Source: Chloroherpetonaceae bacterium (GTDB lineage: Bacteria; Bacteroidota; Chlorobiia; Chlorobiales; Thermochlorobacteraceae). Taken from it: DNA of 64,000 nucleotides. Shown piece by piece: positions 36,562 through 45,483 of the stretch. The stretch lies in contig JANWWA010000004.1 in assembly GCA_025056565.1 (NCBI GenBank), forward strand, positions 61,689-125,688, in the 5' to 3' direction. Under the pieces are notes generated by a model. The model saw only the letters and a list, made by a program, of their open reading frames with translations. It was not told the DNA's origin and did not search any database. Each line of letters opens with the position of its first letter. Position 1 is the first letter of the stretch. The position numbers were made by a program, and so were the translations under genes.

Positions 36562-37626
36562 CTAATTTTTCAAGGATTGGTTACGCGAGGTGCCCGTGCC
36601 TCGGTAAAGAATTTCGAAATTCTCTCTGAGGTATTGCTCCAGCTCAGTGCAAGTTTTGGCGCGGAAATCGGCTTCAAAAGGCTGCGATTTGCGCTCGCCG
36701 GTAAACTGTCCGCCTAAGATGAAGCGAACCCCACGCTTTTTGAGGAACTTTCTAAACAATTCAAAGCGCCGATAGGTCGCTGGTCGCACGCGAGCCGTTG
36801 TAACCGACATATAGACAATTGCTGGGTGCACCTCATCGACCACTCGCTCTAAATCTTTGAATGGCACAGCGGCACCAACATAGCTAACCTCCATTCCCAT
36901 ACTTTGGCACACCAGCGATACACCGAGTAGACCAACTTCGTGATACTCGGACTCTGGGCAAGTGCATACCAGTGCGACAGGCTTTGCCAGCGGCATCATA
37001 GCAGGCATAGCATCATCAGTCTTCCTGCCGTTCTGCGAGACGGCATTCATCGTCAGCCCAACATTGATGCCAAGGCCTTCGCGTGGCGACTTTTCTGGGT
37101 GCAGCAACCCTTTTTCGTAGCGTGTTTTGACTGCTAAAACGGCTTCAATGACGATGTTGGTGATAATGTGCTCCTCACCGATACCTAATTTTTTCTGCGC
37201 CCAAAGTTCGCCAACTCGGTACATTGCTGGGGCTATCATCTTGTCAAAGAGCGTAGCAAAGGAAATGCCGTGTTCTACAGCTTTGCTGAGGAGCGCTTCC
37301 ACTTCATTTTTGCGGAAACCTAAGAGCAGTTCAGTGAGCTTGTGCGCCAGCGCATTCACATCGCCGCGCACCAGAAGTATTTCGCTGTTGAGGTCGATAT
37401 AGTCCGCATAACTTTTCTCCAGATTCAAGCGCTCCAGTCGGTCGGGCGGAATTTCAATGTTGTTTTTGCTAATGAATTCCAGCACATCCTCGAGTTTGAA
37501 CTTGCGATGTCCACCGACGGTTTTGTGGTGCTTAATCAGCCCCATATTAGACCAGCGCTTGACGGTGGTCTCACCGACTGCGCATAGCTCCGAAAGCTCT
37601 TTGGTTGAGAAAAACTGCGTCGTCAT
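36562..37626 (-). CDS. MerR-family transcriptional regulator with B12-binding domain (CarH/LitR-like)
   Basis: N-terminal HTH FSTKELSELCAVGETTVKRWSNMGLIKHHKTVGGHRKF. Helical cap with VGELWAQKKLGIGEEHIITN. Rossmann-type B12-binding module with CPESEYHEVGLLG, VYMSVTT, ILGGQ. ATG at 37626 with GAGGAG upstream. Confidence 0.8.
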   Translation of the reverse strand: MTTQFFSTKELSELCAVGETTVKRWSNMGLIKHHKTVGGHRKFKLEDVLEFISKNNIEIPPDRLERLNLEKSYADYIDLNSEILLVRGDVNALAHKLTELLLGFRKNEVEALLSKAVEHGISFATLFDKMIAPAMYRVGELWAQKKLGIGEEHIITNIVIEAVLAVKTRYEKGLLHPEKSPREGLGINVGLTMNAVSQNGRKTDDAMPAMMPLAKPVALVCTCPESEYHEVGLLGVSLVCQSMGMEVSYVGAAVPFKDLERVVDEVHPAIVYMSVTTARVRPATYRRFELFRKFLKKRGVRFILGGQFTGERKSQPFEADFRAKTCTELEQYLRENFEILYRGTGTSRNQSLKN

Positions 37627-37922
37627 ACTTCGGCGCTCCTCGTTTCGGTTACTTCAAGCGCGGCACAGCTGCCGTGCTGGTGCTCCTGCTGCGATGCTAA
37701 CTTACAAAAAGCCCTCCCACTCTGCAACTTTTAACCGTGCCGAAAAACGGCTTCACAGGGCACTTTTTACAGCGCACAAGTCTTATGCTGCCCAACGATT
37801 AGGCGTAAAAACGACCGTTTCGGCTCTCAAACGACCGATATGGCAACTCTATCCCTCTCTTTGCTGAAAAGCATAGTGAGAGCAGAAAGAATTGAGCAGC
37901 TATCAACCTTGTCAGCAAGGGG

Positions 37923-39332
37923 CTACTTTCCGATGCAAAATTTGGCGAAGATGTGGTTGAGGATGTCGTCCGTGGTGACTTTGCCAGTAATCGCACCGAT
38001 GTGGTCTAAGGCATCGCGTAAATCAAAGGCAATGAGTTCAGTGGAGGCGTGGTGTTGCAACTGCAGTTCAGCTTGCTCCAAACTTTGCAGCGCATTGCAA
38101 ATAGCTTCATAATGACGCAGGTTGGTCAGCAGGATGCTACCGTCCGAGAGGGTGGCTGTGCCAAGAGCAAGGGCGCGCATTTTTTGGCGAAGCGCACTAA
38201 TGCCATCTTTTGTCAGTGCAGAAATCTTTACTGTGTCAATGCTATTGAGGTGAAGCTCGGCAGCAAGACCTTTGTCCGTCTTGTTGAGCACAAGCAAGAA
38301 TCTGGCATCAGGATTTTTGGCTCTAAGCGTCTCTATTTCCCTGATTTCATCGGGGTCGGCAGGTTGCGAGGCATCTATGACATAGAGAATCAAATCGGCT
38401 TCTTCAATTTTTTCGTAGCTGCGTCGAATACCTTCCATCTCAATTTGGTCTCGTGTCGAGCGCAGGCCAGCCGTATCAATCAGCCTGAAGAGCACACCAT
38501 CAATAACGAAACTTTCTTCGATGTAGTCGCGTGTGGTGCCAGCGACATCGCTCACAATTGCGCGCTCTTTACCTAACAGTGCGTTGAGCAAGGTGGATTT
38601 ACCTGCATTAGGCTTGCCGACAATCACTGTCCGAACGCCTTCTTGCACGAGTTTGCCGAGCTTAAATGAATGCGCTAGCTCAATCAAGTGGGCTTTCAGT
38701 TCCAACATTTTGGCTTGCAAGGCTTCACGGCTTTGAAACTCTACGTCTTCTTCGGCGAAGTCAAGTTCAAGCTCAAGCATTGCGCAAGCCTGAAGCAAGT
38801 CTTCGCGCAAGGCAGAAAGTTTTTTGGAAAGGTCACCTTTAAGATGCGAGAGCGCTGAGCGGTAGGCAGCAACCGTCTTAGCATGAATGAGTTCACCGAT
38901 GGCTTCTGCTTGCACAAGGTCAATGCGTCCGTTGAGAAAGGCACGACGAGTAAATTCGCCGGCTTCTGCCAAACGGCAGCCTGCGTTGAGCAGCGTTTCC
39001 AGCACCGTTTGCGTTACAATCACACCGCCGTGGCAGTTGAACTCTACGGTATCTTCCATCGTGTAACTGCGAGGCGACTTATAGACAATCGCCATTACTT
39101 CATCAACGATGTCGCCTTGCGCATCAATGATGTGTCCATAGTGGGCAGTATGGGACGGTGCGCGGACAAAAGAAAAATTTTTGCTCTTTGCTTTGCGAAA
39201 GACCTTATCGGCAATTTGCAGAACACCCTCGCCGCTCATTCGCACAATCGCAATAGCACTTTCACCGACTGCCGTGGCAATTGCAGCAATTGGCTCTTGT
39301 TGAACAATGCTCATCTTAATGCATTGGTTCAT
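37923..39332 (-). CDS. mnmE: tRNA modification GTPase MnmE
   Basis: N-terminal PIAAIATAVGESAIAIVRMSG. G-domain GKPNAGKSTLLNAL, DTAG, NKTD. C-terminal FCIGK. An alternative start is the ATG at 39314. Confidence 0.92.
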   Translation of the reverse strand: MNQCIKMSIVQQEPIAAIATAVGESAIAIVRMSGEGVLQIADKVFRKAKSKNFSFVRAPSHTAHYGHIIDAQGDIVDEVMAIVYKSPRSYTMEDTVEFNCHGGVIVTQTVLETLLNAGCRLAEAGEFTRRAFLNGRIDLVQAEAIGELIHAKTVAAYRSALSHLKGDLSKKLSALREDLLQACAMLELELDFAEEDVEFQSREALQAKMLELKAHLIELAHSFKLGKLVQEGVRTVIVGKPNAGKSTLLNALLGKERAIVSDVAGTTRDYIEESFVIDGVLFRLIDTAGLRSTRDQIEMEGIRRSYEKIEEADLILYVIDASQPADPDEIREIETLRAKNPDARFLLVLNKTDKGLAAELHLNSIDTVKISALTKDGISALRQKMRALALGTATLSDGSILLTNLRHYEAICNALQSLEQAELQLQHHASTELIAFDLRDALDHIGAITGKVTTDDILNHIFAKFCIGK

Positions 39333-39357
39333 CGTTCTGACATAAGCCCGAAAGATA

Positions 39358-39387
39358 ATGAAAAGAGCCGCTTTGCTTAGCGGCTCT
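39358..39387 (-). terminator. terminator-like hairpin downstream of the T9SS surface-protein gene
   Basis: 8-bp stem AGAGCCGC (39364-39371) / GCGGCTCT (39380-39387) with an 8-nt loop. On the minus strand it is followed by a short U-rich stretch (UUUUCAUU). Confidence 0.5.
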
Positions 39388-39408
39388 CTGGTGTCGACTG
39401 GTGCTCAG

Positions 39409-42400
39409 TTACTTCAGAAGTATCATCTTCTTTGTTTCCACAAAACGACCTGCCTGCAAGCGATAAAGGTAGATGCCGCTAGCGAGGTTTTGTGCATTGA
39501 ATGTAACACGGTAGCGCCCAGCAGTCTGACGCTGGCTAATGAGCGTAGCGACTTCACGACCGAGCATATCATAGACTTTGAGCACAACATCACTCACAGC
39601 GGGCAGTTCATAGACGATCACCGTGCTTGGATTGAATGGATTGGGATAGTTCTGCCAGAGCGCAAAGTCTCTGGGCACGCCAGCGGAGATGTCGCGCTCT
39701 ACACTGAGCACACCGAAGGTAGCAGTAGTGTCTGCAATCAATGTGCCAGAGGTGGCAACCAGTCGGAAGTTGCCAGCAGCGGTAATGCGAAGGCTGTCAA
39801 AAGTAGCTCTGCCTTGCACAGCAGCGCGCGTGGTATTGCCTGTAAGAGTGCCTGTGCCAATAAGCGAGACAGTAATGTTGCCTGTGAAGGTTGTATCACG
39901 CGTGGTATCGGCGCGCACAGCATCGACGAAAAAGGTAGGTATCACAATGTTCTGGCGTGCGGAAGTAGGTGCATTGACAAAGCGTAGGCGAGTTGCAGGG
40001 GGCGGAGCAATGTTGATAACGGGAGAGCTGGCAGTGGGCAAGCCTTGTGCCGATGCGGTGAGCGTAACAGGGCCGGCTACATCAACGCGCACGCTGTCAA
40101 AGGTAGCTTCTCCATTCACTGCAGCCTTGCTAAGCACGCCAGAGAGCGTTTGCAGGTCAACTTCTTCAGGTAACGCTGCGCTACTCTGCCGACCGATGGT
40201 AATCACAGCTCTGAAACTGGTATCTACGGTGTTGTCAGGACGACGTGCTTGCACGCGGAATGCAGGCAAGAACTGCCCAACCCGGCCACTGGTAGGCACA
40301 TTCACAAACGCCAGTTGTGATGCACGTGCCAAAATAGTGATGTTGCTACTTGTGGCACTAGTCAGCCCTGTTGCTGAGGCTGATAGCGTGTAAGTGCCCG
40401 CTTGACTGAGCGTAATATCATTGAATGTAGCTGTGCCATTCACTGCAGCGCGTGTGAGTGTGCCGCCAATCGTACCTGGCCCTGTGGCACGAGAAAGCGT
40501 GATATTGCCAGTAAAGTCCGTTGCCACGGTGTTATCCGCACGGCGTGCTTGCACCACAATCGGTGGTAAAACGACCCCAGCTGTGCCAGCTGTCGGCACA
40601 CTGGTAAAAGCAAGTTGCGTGGCTGGTGGAGCTGCAGGGGTTACGCTGGCCCAAGTTTGCCCAACTCGAATTTCATCAATCTCAATGTTGCCGGTGTTAC
40701 TACCTTGACGAATGCAAATGCTAGCAGCTTGCGCAATAGCATCTGTGCTAGCATTGTTTGTTACTGCCCCTGCTGGCTCGCTGCCACCAAAGTTTGTCGT
40801 TGGATTGATCCAGAGACTGGCAACGCCAGAAGCAAAATCATACTTGATCACCACAAAATGCGTCTGACCCACGGGGAAGTTTGCCGTGTTAAAGGTTGGG
40901 TTGGTTGAACCAGCGGCGCCCCTGTTTGCCACACCAATCTGCACTGTATTGCCTGATGTGCCTTTGCGAATATGAAGGCGTGCAAAGAATACCGTGACAC
41001 CCGTGCTACCACTAGTCGTTGCAAGGTGTAATGGATAGTCGCCAATTGGACTCGTGTTGTCGGCTAGGCCCAACGTATCCAAGAACTTAATGAGTGCCGA
41101 ATAATACAAAACTCCAGATGCAACAGCTGGAAAGGCACGATTAACATCTTCAGTGTTATTGCGTGTCGTGCGCACGCGGTTGCCCTGCGGTGGGGCTAGC
41201 TGTGGATACGAGAGACTGTTACCGACATCACTCGGTGTGGTGAGGAACTGTATCTGCCCAGCCGTTCCACTGTGCGTTGCCCAGTTTGGTGCAGCGTTCA
41301 GCGCCCCTGTGCCGTTGAACGGCTCATAGAACGGCGAGAAGCCTGCTTGTACTGTGAAAGGCGCACTGGTGCCTGCCGCAAGGTTATCGCCCGAGGTGCG
41401 CGTGGCGGTGAGGGTAACATTCGTCGCCGCTGGACTAAGCGTAACGCCCGAAATAATCACGCTGTTCTGACCTGCGGGAATCGTGCCAGTGGTCGTGCCA
41501 CCGATTGTGCTACCTGTGGCAGAGAGCTGAACACCTGTTGCTTGAGTTACATTCGCTGGCTGATTGGCTGCGTCCTGTGCTTGCACGGTTACGCTAAATG
41601 GCTGTCCTGCTGTGGGCGAAGCAGGAGTAATGCTTGTAATTGCTAGCTTCGTCGGTGTCGGAGCCGTGATGTTAATGTTCCCGCTTGTGGCGGCAGTCAG
41701 CGAGCCACTGGTAGCGGTCAGTGTGTAAGTGCCTGCTTGGTCAAACTTGATATCGTCAAAGGTTGCAACCCCTGCTACGGCAGCTTTGGTAAGTGTGCCA
41801 GAAAGATTTCCTGGACCGCTGGCTTTGGCAAGCGTGATGTTACCTGCAAAACTGGTTACTAATGCATTATTCGCATCTCTGGCTTCCACCGTGAAAGCAG
41901 GCAGGTTTGTGTTGACTATTCCGTTAGCAGGCACATTCACAAACGCTAATTGTGTGGCAGGACCTGCCGCCGTAGCGCTGGCTGTAATTGTTAAATCGTC
42001 AACCGCTAAACCGTGATCGTTTCCAGGGGAATTAAAGTCCACCCAGCGCAGCATAATTTCTTGTCCCGCTGGAATGCTCACGGTAAGTGTCTTTGTGCGT
42101 GTAACACGATTTGCAGCCAAATTACCATTTAGTGCTGATGCAGTAGCCGCATTTACTGGACCCACAAACGAAAGGTCAGTATCAGCTGTCCAAGTTCCAC
42201 TTGTAAGGCTGGTGACGGTAGCACCAATCTGGTAAGAGAAGTGCAATGAATCGTTGTCAGTTCTGCCGCCGTTTCTCCACTGCTCGCCCGTGTAGGAAAT
42301 CTGCAGTGAAGTGATGGTTTGCGCGGTGTTGTTTTTCAGGCGAATACCGAAAATAATTGTGCCTGTGGTGCCTGAAGCCAAGCTACCCAGTGCTCTGTCG

Positions 42401-42672
42401 GTCTGCGTGCCCGTGCCGAAACTGTAAAGTGCGCCAGTGTTCGAGCTGCCATCATCAGCACGATACTGATTGGAAAAAGTGCCTGTGCCACCAACCCAAG
42501 TAGCATACCAACCCGTAAGTGTAGAGTTGTCTGTCCAAGTGTTGGTCGTGCCAGAGGTGGCTAACGTATTGAAGTCCTGAGTGATAGTAGCTGGCAGCGA
42601 GTTGATATTCACTTGTGAGTATGCAGCAGTAGAGAGTATGAGAAGCCAAAAAAGAAGTATCGCTTTTCTCAT
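39409..42672 (-). CDS. large secreted surface protein with tandem Ig-like repeats, jelly-roll-like domains and T9SS C-terminal sorting domain
   Basis: Signal peptide from the ATG at 42672 (MRKAILLFWLLILSTAAYSQ). Five repeats of about 95 aa (ATQLAFVNVP...TYTLTATSGSL... and variants) flank a central domain ending IDEIRVGQTWASV. C-terminal NYPNPFNPSTVIVYELP...GIYLYRLQAGRFVETKKMILLK is a Por/T9SS secretion tail. Confidence 0.88.
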   Translation of the reverse strand: MRKAILLFWLLILSTAAYSQVNINSLPATITQDFNTLATSGTTNTWTDNSTLTGWYATWVGGTGTFSNQYRADDGSSNTGALYSFGTGTQTDRALGSLASGTTGTIIFGIRLKNNTAQTITSLQISYTGEQWRNGGRTDNDSLHFSYQIGATVTSLTSGTWTADTDLSFVGPVNAATASALNGNLAANRVTRTKTLTVSIPAGQEIMLRWVDFNSPGNDHGLAVDDLTITASATAAGPATQLAFVNVPANGIVNTNLPAFTVEARDANNALVTSFAGNITLAKASGPGNLSGTLTKAAVAGVATFDDIKFDQAGTYTLTATSGSLTAATSGNINITAPTPTKLAITSITPASPTAGQPFSVTVQAQDAANQPANVTQATGVQLSATGSTIGGTTTGTIPAGQNSVIISGVTLSPAATNVTLTATRTSGDNLAAGTSAPFTVQAGFSPFYEPFNGTGALNAAPNWATHSGTAGQIQFLTTPSDVGNSLSYPQLAPPQGNRVRTTRNNTEDVNRAFPAVASGVLYYSALIKFLDTLGLADNTSPIGDYPLHLATTSGSTGVTVFFARLHIRKGTSGNTVQIGVANRGAAGSTNPTFNTANFPVGQTHFVVIKYDFASGVASLWINPTTNFGGSEPAGAVTNNASTDAIAQAASICIRQGSNTGNIEIDEIRVGQTWASVTPAAPPATQLAFTSVPTAGTAGVVLPPIVVQARRADNTVATDFTGNITLSRATGPGTIGGTLTRAAVNGTATFNDITLSQAGTYTLSASATGLTSATSSNITILARASQLAFVNVPTSGRVGQFLPAFRVQARRPDNTVDTSFRAVITIGRQSSAALPEEVDLQTLSGVLSKAAVNGEATFDSVRVDVAGPVTLTASAQGLPTASSPVINIAPPPATRLRFVNAPTSARQNIVIPTFFVDAVRADTTRDTTFTGNITVSLIGTGTLTGNTTRAAVQGRATFDSLRITAAGNFRLVATSGTLIADTTATFGVLSVERDISAGVPRDFALWQNYPNPFNPSTVIVYELPAVSDVVLKVYDMLGREVATLISQRQTAGRYRVTFNAQNLASGIYLYRLQAGRFVETKKMILLK

Positions 42673-43065
42673 TGATGGCGTGTGGCGTTTAGTTGCAGAG
42701 TAGTGTGCGTTCAGACTGCTTGCACGGAAAAGGTATAAAAAGTCGCAAACTTCCGTAGCAAGATAGAGGTTCAGCATTTTTGGCGCAACGAATGAGGCAA
42801 GATTTAACGGTTCTTTAACTTTCGCAGTGAAAAGTGACGTCATTCAGTTGCCTAATTAACACGGGCGAATAAGACTACCTTTCCACTCAGAAGAGCAAAC
42901 GGTTTTGCCCGAATGCGAAGTGAAGCTCTGCCAGTGTAGAGGCGGTTAGCTTAACTACACGCACAGCGGTCCAGCACAGGAGCGCTCGCAAAATGCAAGC
43001 AGCATTGTATTTTCAGAAGCAACCTAGTAGGCTAATTCAAACCTTACTTAACGCATTACGGCTCA

Positions 43066-44148
43066 ATGTTCGAGCAATTAGACCAACTCGTCGAGCGATA
43101 CAAGGAAATCGAGGCGCAACTTGCATTGCCTGAAACGGTAGCTGACCAAGCACGGTTTCGCAAGCTAAGCAAAGAGTATCGCTCGCTAGAAGAAGTCGTG
43201 AAGGTCTACTCGGAATATAAGCGTGTGAAGAGAGACCTTGCAGCGGCGAAAGAAATGCTCTACGCTGAGAAAGACCCCGAAATGCATACCTTAGCGCAAG
43301 CGGAGTATGACGAACTCTCAGAGCAACTTCCGCAACTGGAAGAAAAACTAAAAATGCTGCTTTTGCCCAAAGATGAAGCGGACTCTCGCAATGCAATTGT
43401 GGAAATTCGCGCAGGCACAGGCGGTGATGAAGCCGCGCTCTTTGCCGCCGATCTGTTCCGAATGTATCAGCGCTATGCTGAACGAAAAGGCTGGACGCTG
43501 CAGGTGTTAGACTACAACGACACAGGCGGAATGGGTGGCTACAAGGAAATCATTTTCAGCCTAAGTGGCGAAGATGTCTATGGCACGATGAAGTTTGAAA
43601 GCGGAGTGCATCGAGTTCAACGTGTGCCTGAAACGGAGTCGCAAGGCAGGGTGCATACCTCCGCCGCATCGGTGGCCGTCCTGCCCGAAGCAGAGGAAGT
43701 TGATGTCGAGATTCGCAAAGAAGATTTGGAGATTTCAACCTATCGTAGTGGCGGCAAAGGCGGGCAGAATGTGAACAAAGTAGAGACGGCTGTGCGAATC
43801 CGCCACATTCCCACAGGTATCGTGGTAGCGTGTCAAGAAGAACGCTCACAGCTGCAGAATCGTGAGCGGGCAATGAAGATGCTGCGTGCAAAGCTTTACG
43901 ATGCCAAACTGCAAGCGCAGCAGCAACAGCGCACAGATATGCGCCGAGCAATGGTCGGCAGCGGCGACCGCAGCGACAAAATCCGCACTTACAACTTTCC
44001 TCAGAACCGCGTAACTGACCACCGCTTAGAAGGTGAACTGAAAAACTGGTCGCTACAGGAAATCATTGATGGAAATTTGGATGGCTTGCTAGAAGCCTTG
44101 AAATTACAAGACCAGACAGAACGCCTAAAAGCGCAAGCCAGTGCATAG
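43066..44148 (+). CDS. prfA: peptide chain release factor 1
   Basis: GGQ motif [22 protein letters not shown]1-type P-x-T tripeptide in [17 protein letters not shown]. No frameshift site, consistent with RF1 rather than RF2. Confidence 0.93.
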   Translation: MFEQLDQLVERYKEIEAQLALPETVADQARFRKLSKEYRSLEEVVKVYSEYKRVKRDLAAAKEMLYAEKDPEMHTLAQAEYDELSEQLPQLEEKLKMLLLPKDEADSRNAIVEIRAGTGGDEAALFAADLFRMYQRYAERKGWTLQVLDYNDTGGMGGYKEIIFSLSGEDVYGTMKFESGVHRVQRVPETESQGRVHTSAASVAVLPEAEEVDVEIRKEDLEISTYRSGGKGGQNVNKVETAVRIRHIPTGIVVACQEERSQLQNRERAMKMLRAKLYDAKLQAQQQQRTDMRRAMVGSGDRSDKIRTYNFPQNRVTDHRLEGELKNWSLQEIIDGNLDGLLEALKLQDQTERLKAQASA

Positions 44149-44282
44149 CTGCACTAGTAAGCGTGGCTCTGAACCTCTCTGCCCCCTGAAACACAAAAAT
44201 TCTTAGGTGCGGCCTCAGTATGTAGAACGCTTTTTTTGTAATTTCACTTGACTTTCGCTAACTCTCTCAAAACCTGGAGACG

Positions 44283-45239
44283 ATGAATACTGCACCACAA
44301 AATGGGACAACGGCAAGTCTTTTTTACCAAATCTACCACTCGCCGCTCTTTGAGCGCACGATGCTGGTAATTATTATAGTTGCAGGAGCAATCGTAGGAC
44401 TGGAGACCTCGCCTACCTTAGTGGCACAATACGGCCCGATTTTTCACCTGCTCGACCAGCTGGTCTTAGCGGCTTTTACCATTGAGCTAGTCTTGAACTT
44501 TGCAAGCTACGGTCGCTCGCCTATGCAGTTTTTTAAAGATGGGTGGAACATTTTCGACCTTTTCGTCGTGATAGCGTGTGCCTTGCCTTACTTTCTGCCG
44601 CCTGACGCATTTCACACTCACTTTTTTGCCGTGCTGCGCCTTGCACGCGTGCTGCGCGTGCTAAAACTCGCTGAACAGTTTGAAGAACTCCAGCTCATTA
44701 TCAATGCACTGTTCAATAGCATACCGAGTCTCTTTTATGTGTTTTTGCTGCTCGTGATGTATTTCTACATCTACGCAGTGTTAGGAGTTGATTTCTTCCA
44801 GAAAGACTGTGAGGAGTTCGACTCAATACCAGCGGCGCTGCTGACGCTCTTTCGCATTGTAACCTTCGATGACTGGGCAGCACTGATGAAAGACCTAATG
44901 AAGCAGCATAATGCGGTAGGTGTGGCACTCTACTTTGTGAGTTTCATTCTCTTTGGCGCAATGATTTTTCTTAACCTGTTTATTGGCATCATCACAAGCG
45001 AGCTGGCAGAGCTGCGTGAAGCACGTCAAGCGATGGCACTGAAAAAGCATTTACCTGCGTCGCCGCACAGCTCCGACACTGACTTAGCAGCCATGGAAGC
45101 GATGCTTGATCGTCAACTGTCAGAAATGGCGCTGTTGAAGGTGCAACTTGCTCAACTGCGTGCCACGCTAAATCCGCCGTTCTCAGCGCCTGAAGCAACC
45201 GTGTCTTCAACGGCAAAGAGTTCGCAAAATCGAGAGTAA
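44283..45239 (+). CDS. single-domain voltage-gated cation channel (BacNav/NaChBac family) with TFDDW selectivity filter
   Basis: Six TMs. S4 with basic residues every third position (AVLRLARVLRVLKLAEQ). Pore loop LLTLFRIVTFDDWAALM. C-terminal coiled-coil-like LAAMEAMLDRQLSEMALLKVQLAQLRATL. Confidence 0.85.
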   Translation: MNTAPQNGTTASLFYQIYHSPLFERTMLVIIIVAGAIVGLETSPTLVAQYGPIFHLLDQLVLAAFTIELVLNFASYGRSPMQFFKDGWNIFDLFVVIACALPYFLPPDAFHTHFFAVLRLARVLRVLKLAEQFEELQLIINALFNSIPSLFYVFLLLVMYFYIYAVLGVDFFQKDCEEFDSIPAALLTLFRIVTFDDWAALMKDLMKQHNAVGVALYFVSFILFGAMIFLNLFIGIITSELAELREARQAMALKKHLPASPHSSDTDLAAMEAMLDRQLSEMALLKVQLAQLRATLNPPFSAPEATVSSTAKSSQNRE

Positions 45240-45483
45240 TGTCACTGGCTCGCTGCCAACAAAAGAATGCATAAGCATATCTGATGTGTCATCTTCCAAA
45301 GGCTCCCCACAAGAGACAAGATGAGTACAGCAGTTCCCTCTAAGCGTGCGCTTTGAAATATGACGCACAATTTTGATAACTTTGTGCAGTGTGGCTCTAC
45401 TATCGGTTTAGGTTAGCTGGCTAATCGCTGGCGCTTGCGCGTTCGAACGTTTCGACTTTGCTTGAACTAAACCTGTATTAACT

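Noticed and set aside
39689-42016. Plus-strand ORFs of 95-234 aa (39689-40393, 40421-40708, 41272-41646, 41729-42016) opposite the T9SS surface-protein gene.
   Set aside because: They lie antisense to a long repeat-rich CDS that has a clear signal peptide and T9SS tail. Their translations are Ala/Val/Pro-rich mirror products.
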